Assembly: GCA_963770935.1 (NCBI GenBank)
Contig: CAVYRJ010000008.1
Location: 32,001 to 96,000, forward strand
Reading direction: 5' to 3'
Length of the DNA: 64,000 nucleotides
DNA from: Candidatus Bathyarchaeota archaeon
Lineage (GTDB): Archaea; Thermoproteota; Bathyarchaeia; Bathyarchaeales; Bathycorpusculaceae
Shown here in pieces: positions 53,291-63,259 of the stretch (within the stretch, counting starts at the first letter, position 1; each line of letters starts with the position of its first letter). Below the pieces are notes generated by a model, which saw only the letters and a list, made by a program, of their open reading frames with translations, did not search any database and had not been told where the DNA came from. A program made the translations under genes and the position numbers.

Positions 53291-55088
53291 ATGCCAGATG
53301 AACCAAAGCAAATTGAGCATCTTGACGCGTTATTGGTGCATATCCAAGCTGCTTCGATGCCATGGATGTTCCAGCGCCAAGCTCAGTTGGGGCTATACTA
53401 TCTTGCTCAGCACGCAACTGACAAAGGCTTCAGGGTTCTTGTAGATAACCTTTCCTCCAATGACCATGTAGTCCGCAGGCTCTCTCGCATTCTCAACGAA
53501 CGCACATGTCGCCTTATTGGATTCTATGTTGACCAAGACAACTTGTGGACATTAAGAAGAATTTTGACGCCTCTTAAACGATTAATGCCCGACCTCAAAG
53601 TAGTACTCGGAGGACCTCAAGTAACCACTGATCCAGAGTTCACTTTGAATAACATTCCAGAAGCGCTTTGCGGCGTTGTGGGCGAAGGAGAAGAAACCTT
53701 TGCTGAGTTACTCTCTCTTCCAAATCTTAGTTCTGAAAACTTGGAAAAATGCCGAGGACTAATAATCAATGTTGATGGAATAATAGTGAAAACTGAACCA
53801 CGCGAATTAATTGAACCTCTGGATCGCCTATCCATTCCTCAACGCAAGAAACTGAGCATCGATCCGAAAACTGTTGGAGCTACCATGATTACTGGACGTG
53901 GTTGTATTGGGCATTGCGCGTTCTGTTACGAGGGCGGACATCACGAACATGGAAAAAAGATACGTTTGCATTCGGTTAAACGAAGCTTGGAAGAGTTCGA
54001 TTATCTCGTTCGCGAGTTCGACCGCTCCTACATAACCATAGTAGATGACTCTTTCGTTACCAATGTCAGTCGCCTCAAAGAATTCTGCAAAGAAGTCAAA
54101 GCCAAATACGGTGACAAGATTAAGTGGTTCTGTGAATCTCGCGTCGATGTTTTAGCTAAAAATCCTGATTTGCTCCCTACAATGATTGAGGCAGGACTCA
54201 TTCGGCTTCAAGTTGGCGGGGAATCAGGCAACCAGCATATACTGGATCTGTATGGGAAAGGCACCACTTTAGAACAGATGCATACGGTTGTGGAATCCGC
54301 GAAGAAGAATGGTTTGCTATCGATTTATGCTAATTTCATCGTGGGCGGCGCTTGTGAAACACAAGAAACTTATAGAAAAACTCGAGACTTCGCACTTGGA
54401 CTTCTTGATCTTGCTCCGGGCTGCATGGAAGTCGGAAGTTCCTTCTATACGCCTTATCCAGGAACTAGAATGTTCGAAAAACCTGAGGCTTTCGGAATTG
54501 AAGTTGTAGACCGAGAGGTTGTTACAGGCGCAGGCGATGAACACGCTTTTTGCAAAACCCAAGAGCTTTCAAGATTCGACATTCTGGCGATAAATCTAGA
54601 TTTTAAACGTAGCGTATCTCAAAAAATGAAAGAACTATGCAAACAGCTACCGTTTGAAGTGATCAAGAAGCACTTTCAAGCATTTCACAACTGGAATCTC
54701 TCCACCGAGTGGTATGAAGTTCTTGTGGGAGATCAGAGTCGGTACGCTTACTTCAAATCGATTCTTTCAGGAGGCGCGAAAGATTTTGCAGACATTGCCC
54801 AGCAGAATTTCTCAGAAGCCTATCCATGGCGCACAATTGATCTGGTGACATCTGAAAATGGCAAATATCGTAATTCGCACACATAACGGCAACGTACGTG
54901 TTTTGGATGAGCTGGAAAACATGGTTCTTGAGCTGTCCGCTGGTAAACTCAGTTTTGATGACATAGTCACGATAATAAGCAATCGAACGCCAGGAATCTC
55001 GGCAAGCATAATACGAGAAGCTTGCATAGAGCGATATGATACGTTTGACAAAGAATGTCTGGTTGTCTGGAAAACAAATGTGTTGTAA
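53291..55088 (+). CDS. Cobalamin-binding radical SAM enzyme (class B methyltransferase-like) with C-terminal RRE/PqqD-like winged helix; frameshift near 54866
   Basis: LGLYYLA, VLGGPQVT, GEGEETF B12-binding motifs; GRGCIGHCAFC; DDSF, G.ESG, TPYPGT; the 54858..55088 frame gives strands then LDELENMVLELSAGKLSFDDIV helices. Confidence 0.9.
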
Positions 55089-55289
55089 AACCGGAAAACT
55101 GCGTGCATTCAAGAATAAGGGAATGTGCTTTTGTTGTTTAGTTTTTGCTCGAATCAAAATGTTCTTATACCATCCAAAGAATAGTCACTTAAGGCTACAA
55201 GTCGTAGCATAATTCTTGCGATACAACAAATTCTCTCAGATTAAAATGGAACAATCGAGAGAAAACGATGGAGTAAGGAGGTGATGTGA

Positions 55290-55664
55290 ATGGCGAAAAC
55301 TGAAAGTAAAAAGGCTGCCCGGAAAATTCTTGTGGAGTTTGAGATGAATCCTGAGGACGTGAAAAAACTCATACAATCTGGAAAGAAAGGACCTAAGAAG
55401 CTGCTTGGCGATGCAGAATTTGATAAGCTCATAAAAGTAGGCGCAATCAAGGCTTCTGATTATCTTGACCCAGTTCAAATGGAAGAAGCGTCTCGAGGAA
55501 TAGGATCATGGATAAGGAAAGTCGGAGGTAAAATTAAGAAAGCAATTTCCAACCCAACTGTTCAAACTACGGTCGTAACAATTGTGGCTGGGAAACTTAC
55601 TTCAAGAGAAATGGAGAAAGAATTGGAACTTGATAACGAAGAAGAAGATAAGCCTAAAGATTAG
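55290..55664 (+). CDS. Putative peptide precursor (leader / cationic amphipathic core / acidic follower)
   Basis: Strong SD AAGGAGGTGA; core GIGSWIRKVGGKIKKAISNPTVQTTVVTIVAGKLTSR flanked by EEASR and EMEKELELDNEEED. Confidence 0.75.
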   Translation: MAKTESKKAARKILVEFEMNPEDVKKLIQSGKKGPKKLLGDAEFDKLIKVGAIKASDYLDPVQMEEASRGIGSWIRKVGGKIKKAISNPTVQTTVVTIVAGKLTSREMEKELELDNEEEDKPKD

Positions 55665-56000
55665 CAAGCACAACTGAATCGAACTAATAACTCTGCTCAT
55701 TGACGATAATGGCAGGAAAATATAATCGCAACTAAAACATCTATTATTTTGCAAACGGTTTCAGTCTCTGACACAAATTATATCACGATCGAGAAAATGA
55801 GGATAGTCGGTTCGAGGTTCACATCGACAGGCTATCAGATCTACTCTTTTTTGGTTAGTCAACATACTTTTCATGCTAATTGAAGTCAATTAATTTGTTA
55901 TATTCTTATATTTGTACGGAATTAGCAAATTTAAAGCAAAAAAAGAAAAGGAAATAAACGCCGACACGCTTCCAACTAGACAAGAAGGTTTTATTGAGTT

Positions 56001-56408
56001 ATGTACGACGGATACATATTTTTCTGTACCAAAGAATCCCAGCAACAATGTTTAAGCAATAAACGCTACACTTGCGCGGATGAACTAACAAAGCCCCCAG
56101 AGGAGCAAATTAAGGTGGGTTCAATAATTTTCCTTTTTAATGTTGGCGATAAGAGTTTGCTGGGTCCTTTCACAGCCTTGGCGGAAGGCGATCAGTTGGA
56201 TGCTGGCGCATGGGCAATGGACGTTGACACCCACATACCGTCCGAAGACCTCAAAGTAACTTGGGAGGACCTGCATATAATCCAAAACGCACCTGAAAAA
56301 CTCCCGTTCCTAAAGGAACCAAAAACCTGCAAGCTAACATCTTTAGAAACACAGAATACTTTAGACCAGCTAAAACAGGGCGAACTCTACCTTTACGCTA
56401 AAAAGTAG
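56001..56408 (+). CDS. DCD (development and cell death)-like / EVE-PUA fold protein
   Basis: GYIFFC......CL..IKVG..IFLFN.....LLGPFTA pattern. Confidence 0.65.
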   Translation: MYDGYIFFCTKESQQQCLSNKRYTCADELTKPPEEQIKVGSIIFLFNVGDKSLLGPFTALAEGDQLDAGAWAMDVDTHIPSEDLKVTWEDLHIIQNAPEKLPFLKEPKTCKLTSLETQNTLDQLKQGELYLYAKK

Positions 56409-56413
56409 ATGAA

Positions 56414-56602
56414 CTATTGCTTACTGAATTTTTTTGCTTCTAACTCCACGATTTTGTGGCAGTTAAGGCATCGTGTCAACTTAAATTCTAAGCCGTTGAG
56501 AATGTCAAATTGCCTCTGGTTGTACAACTCCTGTTCATGGACACAATTAAGCTGACGTGTACTAAACAGAATATCTTCTTCCATTTGCCTTCTCCTTCTC
56601 AC
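56414..56602 (-). CDS. Small putative zinc-binding protein
   Basis: CVH..RCLNCHK. Confidence 0.6.
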   Translation of the reverse strand: MRRRRQMEEDILFSTRQLNCVHEQELYNQRQFDILNGLEFKLTRCLNCHKIVELEAKKFSKQ

Positions 56603-56665
56603 TTAACTGTAAAACTAAGGTTGCTTAAAAAAATTTGCAAACAAAAAAGCTAAGGTAAATAGCGG

Positions 56666-57094
56666 TTACTCTGCTGTTTTCACTTCAACTTCAACTTTAA
56701 CCGGCACAGATTCCTTGTAAACAAACAGCACTGGGCAACCTGCTTCAGTCCGTCGCCAAGCAGCTTCAACTAAAGCTTTCCGTGCTTTCGACGCAATGTT
56801 GACTTTCATCGAAACTCCGCTTAACGTAGGCGAATTAGCTGTTTTCTCCGCTTCCACCGAAATGTTGATGTTGCCGGGATCAATCTTGCTGTTCTTGCAG
56901 ACATCCGCGTAGATTATAACTCCGCAGCCAGCCAGAGCCATCAAAGCCAACTCCAGCGGTGTGGGTCCAGCGTTTGTTCCTCCTGAAGCTTCGGATAAAT
57001 CGCAGATAACACTGTGTCCTCTGCCATTATCGGTTACTAAACGGACATTTTCAATAAGTTTCGCGTTTCCTTTAAGTTTAGCCATAAAATTCAC
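56666..57094 (-). CDS. OsmC/YhfA family protein
   Basis: GGTNAGPTPLELALMALAGC..CPV. Confidence 0.9.
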   Translation of the reverse strand: MNFMAKLKGNAKLIENVRLVTDNGRGHSVICDLSEASGGTNAGPTPLELALMALAGCGVIIYADVCKNSKIDPGNINISVEAEKTANSPTLSGVSMKVNIASKARKALVEAAWRRTEAGCPVLFVYKESVPVKVEVEVKTAE

Positions 57095-57225
57095 TTGGAG
57101 AAATTAGAAGTTTATTACGGATTTAAGAATTCTGTTCTTCAAAACTGACCGTTGAATTTGCAGTTGGAATGTGAAGTGTTAAATAGCAAAAAACCCGTTT
57201 CAACTAAACAAAAGAGGAGCAATAC

Positions 57226-58305
57226 TTGAAAAACAAAGGTCCCCTATTTATCGTTCCCTGGCGATGCACGTTCGCCTGTGGCAGCACCTGCGTTCACTGC
57301 ACCTCGGCAGAAAAACTCGCGGCTCCAGATGAGATGGGAACTGAAGATGCTAAAAAAATGGTCGATAAAATAGCGGATTTTGGCGCAACTTTTTTTGGAA
57401 TCACGGGTGGACAACCATTTCTGCGCAAAGACCTCTTCGAAGTGTTGGATTACGCGACAGAAAAGGGTTTGAGTACCAGCATAATTACCGATGGGCGTCT
57501 CCTTGATGAGGAAGCGTTCAAAAAAATAGTGAAAAATCAAACTAAAATTTCAGTCAGCATTGACGGCGCAGAAAAAACTAACGATGCCATCCGAGGCAAG
57601 GGCGCCTACAAAGCGGCAGTCTTAGCGATCGAGCGGTTTTCAAAAGAAAAACTCCTAAACTGCCTAGTTTACACTTTTGCAAACGCAGGCCAAACGACCA
57701 ACGCAAACGAGGATGATATGAGACATGTGCTGGATTTAGCTAAAAAGTACGATGCCCGCTGGGTAGTTTTCCACGGCATGGTTCCCTACAGCAGCGACCC
57801 AGCCTGTCTAAAAGCTGACCTCACCCCTGCCCAGTACGAGTGGGTGTGCAACAAACTCTACGACCTAACCCCAGAGTATAACGGGAAACCCTGCATCAAC
57901 GTCTACATACCCTTCTATGCCCGAGTAGCAAAACAACGAGGCATGCCCGACTTCGACAACTGGTACAACAACTTCTTCTTGGGCAGATGCTTTTTCGGCA
58001 AATTCATGAGCGTGGCAGAAAACGGCGAGGTTATTCCCTGCAGCTACAATGATGCTTACCACGTCGGCAATGTTAAAAACAAATCTCTTGGGCAAATTTG
58101 GAAGAAAATGCAGAAAAGCGAATTCTTCAACAAAGTTAAAGATAAAGCTAACATCAAGGGCAAATGCGGCGTCTGCGAATACAAAGACCTCTGTGGCGGC
58201 TGCCGATCAGCTGCACTATTCTACACAGGAGACATCCTTGGGTCAGACCCAAGATGCGCCTACATACCTGCTGCTCTTAGCAAAACTAAGTCTCCTATTC
58301 GTTAG
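57226..58305 (+). CDS. Radical SAM/SPASM domain protein (NirJ/Ahb/PqqE-like)
   Basis: C.STCVHC triad (CGSTCVHC), TGGQP, SIDG, SPASM C..GEVIPC..KCGVCEYKDLCGGCR..DPRC. Confidence 0.9.
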   Translation: MKNKGPLFIVPWRCTFACGSTCVHCTSAEKLAAPDEMGTEDAKKMVDKIADFGATFFGITGGQPFLRKDLFEVLDYATEKGLSTSIITDGRLLDEEAFKKIVKNQTKISVSIDGAEKTNDAIRGKGAYKAAVLAIERFSKEKLLNCLVYTFANAGQTTNANEDDMRHVLDLAKKYDARWVVFHGMVPYSSDPACLKADLTPAQYEWVCNKLYDLTPEYNGKPCINVYIPFYARVAKQRGMPDFDNWYNNFFLGRCFFGKFMSVAENGEVIPCSYNDAYHVGNVKNKSLGQIWKKMQKSEFFNKVKDKANIKGKCGVCEYKDLCGGCRSAALFYTGDILGSDPRCAYIPAALSKTKSPIR

Positions 58306-58734
58306 GTCTACCCATTTGCTAAGATGATAAATACCGCTTATCTAAGAGAGCAGTCTAAGAGTAAACCGGATCAGCGTCTCTATCCAGTAAACTTAGTTTA
58401 TTGGACGATTCTGTTTTAGGATGGCTGCAACAGTTGCAGCAGTTCTGCGCCTACGCCTAATAATCAACACCGATACCTGCAAGCGCAACTAATACAGCTA
58501 TGGCAACGATAATGGCTATCCAAGGTGTCTTGGCTGGACTTAATGTCTGCATGAAGGGTATTTATATGGTGAATGCATGTTGACTTTGAGAGTACATGCA
58601 TGAGATGATCCAAACCCCTTGTTTTGCCTGCGCTTTTTGGGCTATATAGTTTGCATTTTTTACTTGAAGAATCCTCAAATTGGACGCAACAAATTATGGT
58701 GGTCTATAGAGCCGAAGAGAACCATGTCTCGACG

Positions 58735-58817
58735 CAGCTCAGGGCACTATTTTAAACAAACGACTTTTTAAGTTCAGACCCACGATGCGGATACATACCT
58801 AAAATGCTGAGGGATAG
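58735..58817 (+). pseudogene. Relic copy of a SPASM-protein 3' end
   Basis: Translates RALF*TNDFLSSDPRCGYIPKMLRD, matching AALFYTGDILGSDPRCAYIP of the upstream gene. Confidence 0.55.
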
Positions 58818-58926
58818 TCAATTCCAATATTAAATCCAAAAGTCAGTTATCGAGAGCGACGTGCACCCAAAAATATTTGGAAGAGAGAGGGGTAAAGGGA
58901 ATCTTGTCTGGATGCACGTCACACAT

Positions 58927-59199
58927 TTACATTGGACTTCTCAGATGCTGTTGGAAGAGGAATCCGCAGGTTTGTCTGGACTTGCTGTAGTTTCGTTGCG
59001 CTTTGGCTTTGGGGAAAGACAGTTTCTGTGAGCCTTTACTTGTTATGAAAACTGAGCCGCCGTTTTTGAGGTGTTCTTTAACTTGGCAGAAATCAACTTG
59101 TTTTGATTCTTGAACTTCAACGTCGTCGCTGGCGTCGTTGTCGAGAAGTAGTACTTGAAAAACTGATGGCTTCGTTTTTTTCTTTAGCATAGTTGCCAT
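58927..59199 (-). CDS. Hypothetical protein
   Basis: About 90-aa ORF, ATG after GAAAGGAAG. Confidence 0.6.
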   Translation of the reverse strand: MATMLKKKTKPSVFQVLLLDNDASDDVEVQESKQVDFCQVKEHLKNGGSVFITSKGSQKLSFPKAKAQRNYSKSRQTCGFLFQQHLRSPM

Positions 59200-59295
59200 T
59201 TTAATGTTTCTTCCTTTCAGTTTGAGAGTAACTGTATATTTCTTCAAAAAATGTTTAAAGCTATGTTGTTGCTAGCCCGCTACCACAAGATATTA

Positions 59296-59953
59296 TTACT
59301 GCAAGATAAAAGGGAGAATATGAGGGTCTTTTAGGGTCTCAACGATTAAATCAGGCTTTTCCTGCTCAAGCTCTTGCTTAGAGTAAACACCTGTTGTAAC
59401 GGCGATGCAGCCCATGTTTGCGGTTTTAGCGGCCTTAACACCGAAAATCGAATCCTCAAAAACCACACACTCCTTTGGCTTAGCCTTTAGATGTTCAGCT
59501 GTTTTCAGAAAAATTTCTGGGTCAGGCTTTGAGTTGGAAACCGCTTCAACAGTTAAAATCGTGTCAAAACAGTCCGCTATACCGTTATTGTGAAGCAAGT
59601 GCATGACAACGACTCGGCTATTCATCGATGCCAAACCCACCTTCACCTTGCCCTTGTAGCGCCTCCAAAAGCTCCTTTGAACCTTCAAACAACTCCACCT
59701 CCTTGGCTAACTCGATTTGCACTTTACTCTTCCGTTCAACAAGTTGCTTCACTATTTTCTCGTCAACCCGCCTGTTTGCAGCTTTAAGGATTTCACGGAA
59801 GGTTTCGGATGCGCCGATCCCGATTCTGCGTTCAATGTATTCGGTGGGGACTTCGAGGTTAATTTCTTTAAGCGCTTTTTGGAATGAAACCACAATTACC
59901 TTTCGTGTATCGGCTAGTGTGCCGTCCCAATCGAAGATTACTGCTTCAAACAT
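59296..59953 (-). CDS. HAD-superfamily phosphatase (beta-PGM/CbbY-like), frameshift near 59660
   Basis: IFDWDGTLAD; KPDPEIF; VFEDS..GV.AA. Confidence 0.9.
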
Positions 59954-59962
59954 TGTATTTCG

Positions 59963-60773
59963 CTATGTGAGGTTTAGTTTTTCGCGGATAGCTTGGCTTT
60001 TTTTGGTGGCTTCTTCGATTGCGCGTATCATGGCGGGTCGGATTTGGCTTTGTTCGATTTGGTAGATGGCTTCGATGGTTGTTCCGCCAGGCGTTGTGGT
60101 CATGTCTTTTATTTTTGCTGGTTCCTCATTTAGCTCTATGACAAGTTTGCCTGTACCCATTACCGTTTGAGCTGCGGCTTTTAGAGCGATGTTACGGGGC
60201 AATCCCACTTTTAGTCCAGCGTAAGTCAAGGCTTCGATGATAATTGACATGTAGCCAGGTCCACTACCGCTAACCGCAGTGATGGCATCCATGTACTTTT
60301 CGTCAACCTCATCACAGACGCCCATCATATTCAGTAAAACTTTGATTTTCTCTTTGTCTTCTGCCTGTCACGTTTTCTCCGCAACAATACGCCGTGTAGG
60401 CAGCCTGCACCATCGCTCCGAGGTTAGGCATTATCCTTACTATTCTGCATTCAACTGGAGCATTCTTCTTTAGAAAACTCAAGGGCACAGTTGCGGCAAC
60501 CGATATGAGAAGTTTTCCTTTGATTTCCTTGCTTATTTCCTTTAGAACCTTCTCAACGTCGCCTGGCTTAACAATTATGAAAACAATATCTGCCTCCCCG
60601 GCGGATTTGCAGTTGTCAGAGGAAACCTTAACACCCAACTTTTCCAAGTCGCCGAGTTTTTCCGGTGCGATATCGACAGCTGTGATTTTACCAGCGTACT
60701 TGCCTTTGACGAGGCTTTTGATTATGGCGCTTCCCATCATGCCAGCGCCGATTACTGTGATTTTATCGTTCAT
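59963..60773 (-). CDS. proC: Pyrroline-5-carboxylate reductase, frameshift near 60360
   Basis: IGAGMMG, VKP, RIMPN, SGSGPGY, TPGGTT. Confidence 0.93.
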
Positions 60774-60839
60774 GAGTATTCACTTATCTTGTAGAAACAC
60801 GGGTTTTGCTCTTTAAACTTTCGTAGCCAAGCCGAATGC

Positions 60840-62061
60840 CTATTTGGATGCAACAAGATCCGTGAGCACTTTATGCATAGCCAACGCTGGCGCGTTTGTT
60901 TTGATTCCTCTTGGGTTGAAGTGGGTTGGCACCGCTTGGAAGTCGCTACTGTGTAGTGCTGTTAGGAACGATTGGTTTGATGGGGCTGGTAGGTTTAGTT
61001 TGCCGCTTAACTTGTCGATCACGTAATAAGTAGGGGGTGCTGTGGCTTCGCCTTTGAGTTGGTTTAGGAGCTTTGTGATTTTGGCGTTGTTTTTAAAAGC
61101 GGTGGTCTGGTTTTCCTTTATAATTTGTTCAATGAACGCTCGGTCAGATATGGCACCTATCCATAATGGGCCTGCAAGCTCCATTTTTGAGCCACACTCG
61201 GGGCAAATAACGATTAGGCCAAAAATTTTTGGAGCGATTTCCCGACGCATGCAATTAAAGCAATGGAGGATGTAGCCTTTGTTTTTGAGGCTTTCGTCAG
61301 CTTTTTGGCAGCCGTAGGCGATTTGGGCGTAGACTCGGATGTAGTGGTTGCTGCTGTGGCTAAACAGTATTCGGAGTCCAATGTCGTGCTTCGCTGCCAC
61401 CGATGCCATGCAACCCGCCAAAAGCCGAACCGCCAACTCATGACAATACTCTGTACGCAATGGTTTACCGCCGTACTTACGCACGCAAGCCTTCGCATGA
61501 ACTCCACACAGAGGCGCCAAATCTGTAGCAGTCGCTGCCAGCAAGCCTTTGTTTTTTAGGGCTCTAAACGCTGAATCTAAGTAAGGCACGGGAGTTCCGA
61601 ATGGGTCGATGTCCACTATGTCGAAGCGTTTTTTGGGCGAGGCATTATCTGCTTAAAACGGCGTTAGCGTCTTTGTGTTTGAGGGTGACTTTGTTTTTTA
61701 GTTTGTTTAGTTCAATGTTGTGCTTCGCCAGTTCATAGGCTGAGGTGTTGATGTCGCTGACCAGCACCTTTTTAACGCCGTCAATTTCGGCTGCAAAACG
61801 GATTCCCCGGATGCCTTGGCTGGTGAAGGGTTCGCAGATGCTGATTTCATGGTCAACCATATGCTTGTAAGCTTTGAACGCTAAAACGGTTAAGTCACGG
61901 TTGAACTCCATGACAGGGTTGTAGAAGACTGGAGCTTTAGAGGGAGCATAATCTGATGGCACAACACCGTATGCAGAGAGTTTGGGCACTAAAACTTGGA
62001 CTTTACCTTCATGGATGATTTCGCTGGGAAAATCTGCCACGTATCCTTCTTTATCTGCCAT
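60840..62061 (-). CDS. trm1: tRNA (guanine-26-N2)-dimethyltransferase Trm1, frameshift near 61650
   Basis: PVFYNPVMEFNRD, GIRGIRFA, DIDPFGTP, ATATD, GPLW.G, THF.P.GIKTNAP. Confidence 0.93.
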
Positions 62062-62137
62062 TTGGTGTGCTCCAGAGATGTTGGTATGAAAAGAATTTAA
62101 TCGGCATATTAGACTTATGGTATGGTTGGTGCAAAAG

Positions 62138-62686
62138 ATGAAGATGACGATGACTAGGGTTTTGCTTTTAACCGGTGCTTCAGGCGTTGGAAAAACAACC
62201 GTGCTCACAAAAACGGTTGACGCCTTAAAAGCCAAGGGCATAAACGTTGGCGGCATGATTAGCCGTGAAGTACGCGAAGGAGGCGTGCGTGTTGGCTTTG
62301 AAATTTTGGATTTGTCCAGTGGAAAACGTGGGTGGCTTGCTAAGGTAAACGGCCAGAGTGGTCCACAGGTAGGTAAGTACCATGTCAACCTTGGCGATAT
62401 AGACAAAATCGGTGCTGCAGGCATCATTCAAGCCCTCGAAAACTGCAGTGTTATCGCCATCGACGAGATTGGTCCCATGGAGCTATTCTCGCCGAAGTTC
62501 AAACAAGCCGTGGTACAGGCGATGGAAAGCAAAAAGTTAGTGCTGGCGGTTGTGCATGGAAAAGCCAAAGACCCGCTGGTAACTCAGGTAAAGCGAAAAG
62601 CTGACGCGGAGATTTTTAACGTGACTTTTTCTAATAGAGAAAAATTGCCTGAAAAACTAATTCAAAAAGCATTAGATCCACGTTAA
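62138..62686 (+). CDS. Nucleoside-triphosphatase, THEP1/NTPase_1 family
   Basis: LTGASGVGKTT, EVREGGVRVGF, VGKY.V, IDEIGPMEL. Confidence 0.93.
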   Translation: MKMTMTRVLLLTGASGVGKTTVLTKTVDALKAKGINVGGMISREVREGGVRVGFEILDLSSGKRGWLAKVNGQSGPQVGKYHVNLGDIDKIGAAGIIQALENCSVIAIDEIGPMELFSPKFKQAVVQAMESKKLVLAVVHGKAKDPLVTQVKRKADAEIFNVTFSNREKLPEKLIQKALDPR

Positions 62687-63259
62687 TCTAACTCATCACT
62701 TTTAGCGGGGAGTATTTGGATCTGAGGGGTATGCATAATTAAATTTTCTTCTTTGGAATGATTTAACTATTATGATTGCTTTTGGGGCATTCACGTAATT
62801 TAGGAAAAGCAGAAATAAGAAAAGGTAGAGCAAAAGAATGGTGGAGGAAATGCCGAGCCTAAAGATTGAGGTCATCGGAAATATTTGTTGTCTGATAGAA
62901 GAACAACAGTTGCTTTTACAAATTGGCAAGGCTTGCTTTGGGTTGCTTTTTTGATTTAGGATTTGTGGCGTCTGCAGGCTGCGTCTGGATTCGGCAAACA
63001 ACGTCATAGAAAGTCAAAGAAAGGCGGAGTTGGTCTAGTTGCCGCCAACTGAGCAGTAAGTTTCAAGACCCGGTTGCAGAGAAGGGAAAATTGACTGCAG
63101 CCCAGAAAAGTACTTTTTAAGCATTAAAAATATACCCCTAGGCAAAGGAAGAAAGATAACAAAAACCTAAATCTGCTCTCAGAAGGGCATAAAGAAAACG
63201 CAAGCCTCAAAACAAACTTTTATTTGTGCGCCGTACAGAAAAACCCTGGAACGGATGGA

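Noticed and set aside
57226-58305. SPASM radical SAM as part of the putative RiPP cluster
   Set aside because: It is separated by unrelated, oppositely oriented genes, lacks an obvious RRE and resembles common NirJ/Ahb-like enzymes; not fully excluded
5510-62061. Recurrent frameshifts (pilin, QC, flippase, polB, aspartate kinase, rSAM, HAD, proC, trm1) as programmed frameshifting or mass pseudogenisation
   Set aside because: They are single-base indels in otherwise intact conserved genes, with no shared slippery motif and few nonsense codons; sequencing or assembly error is the simpler explanation
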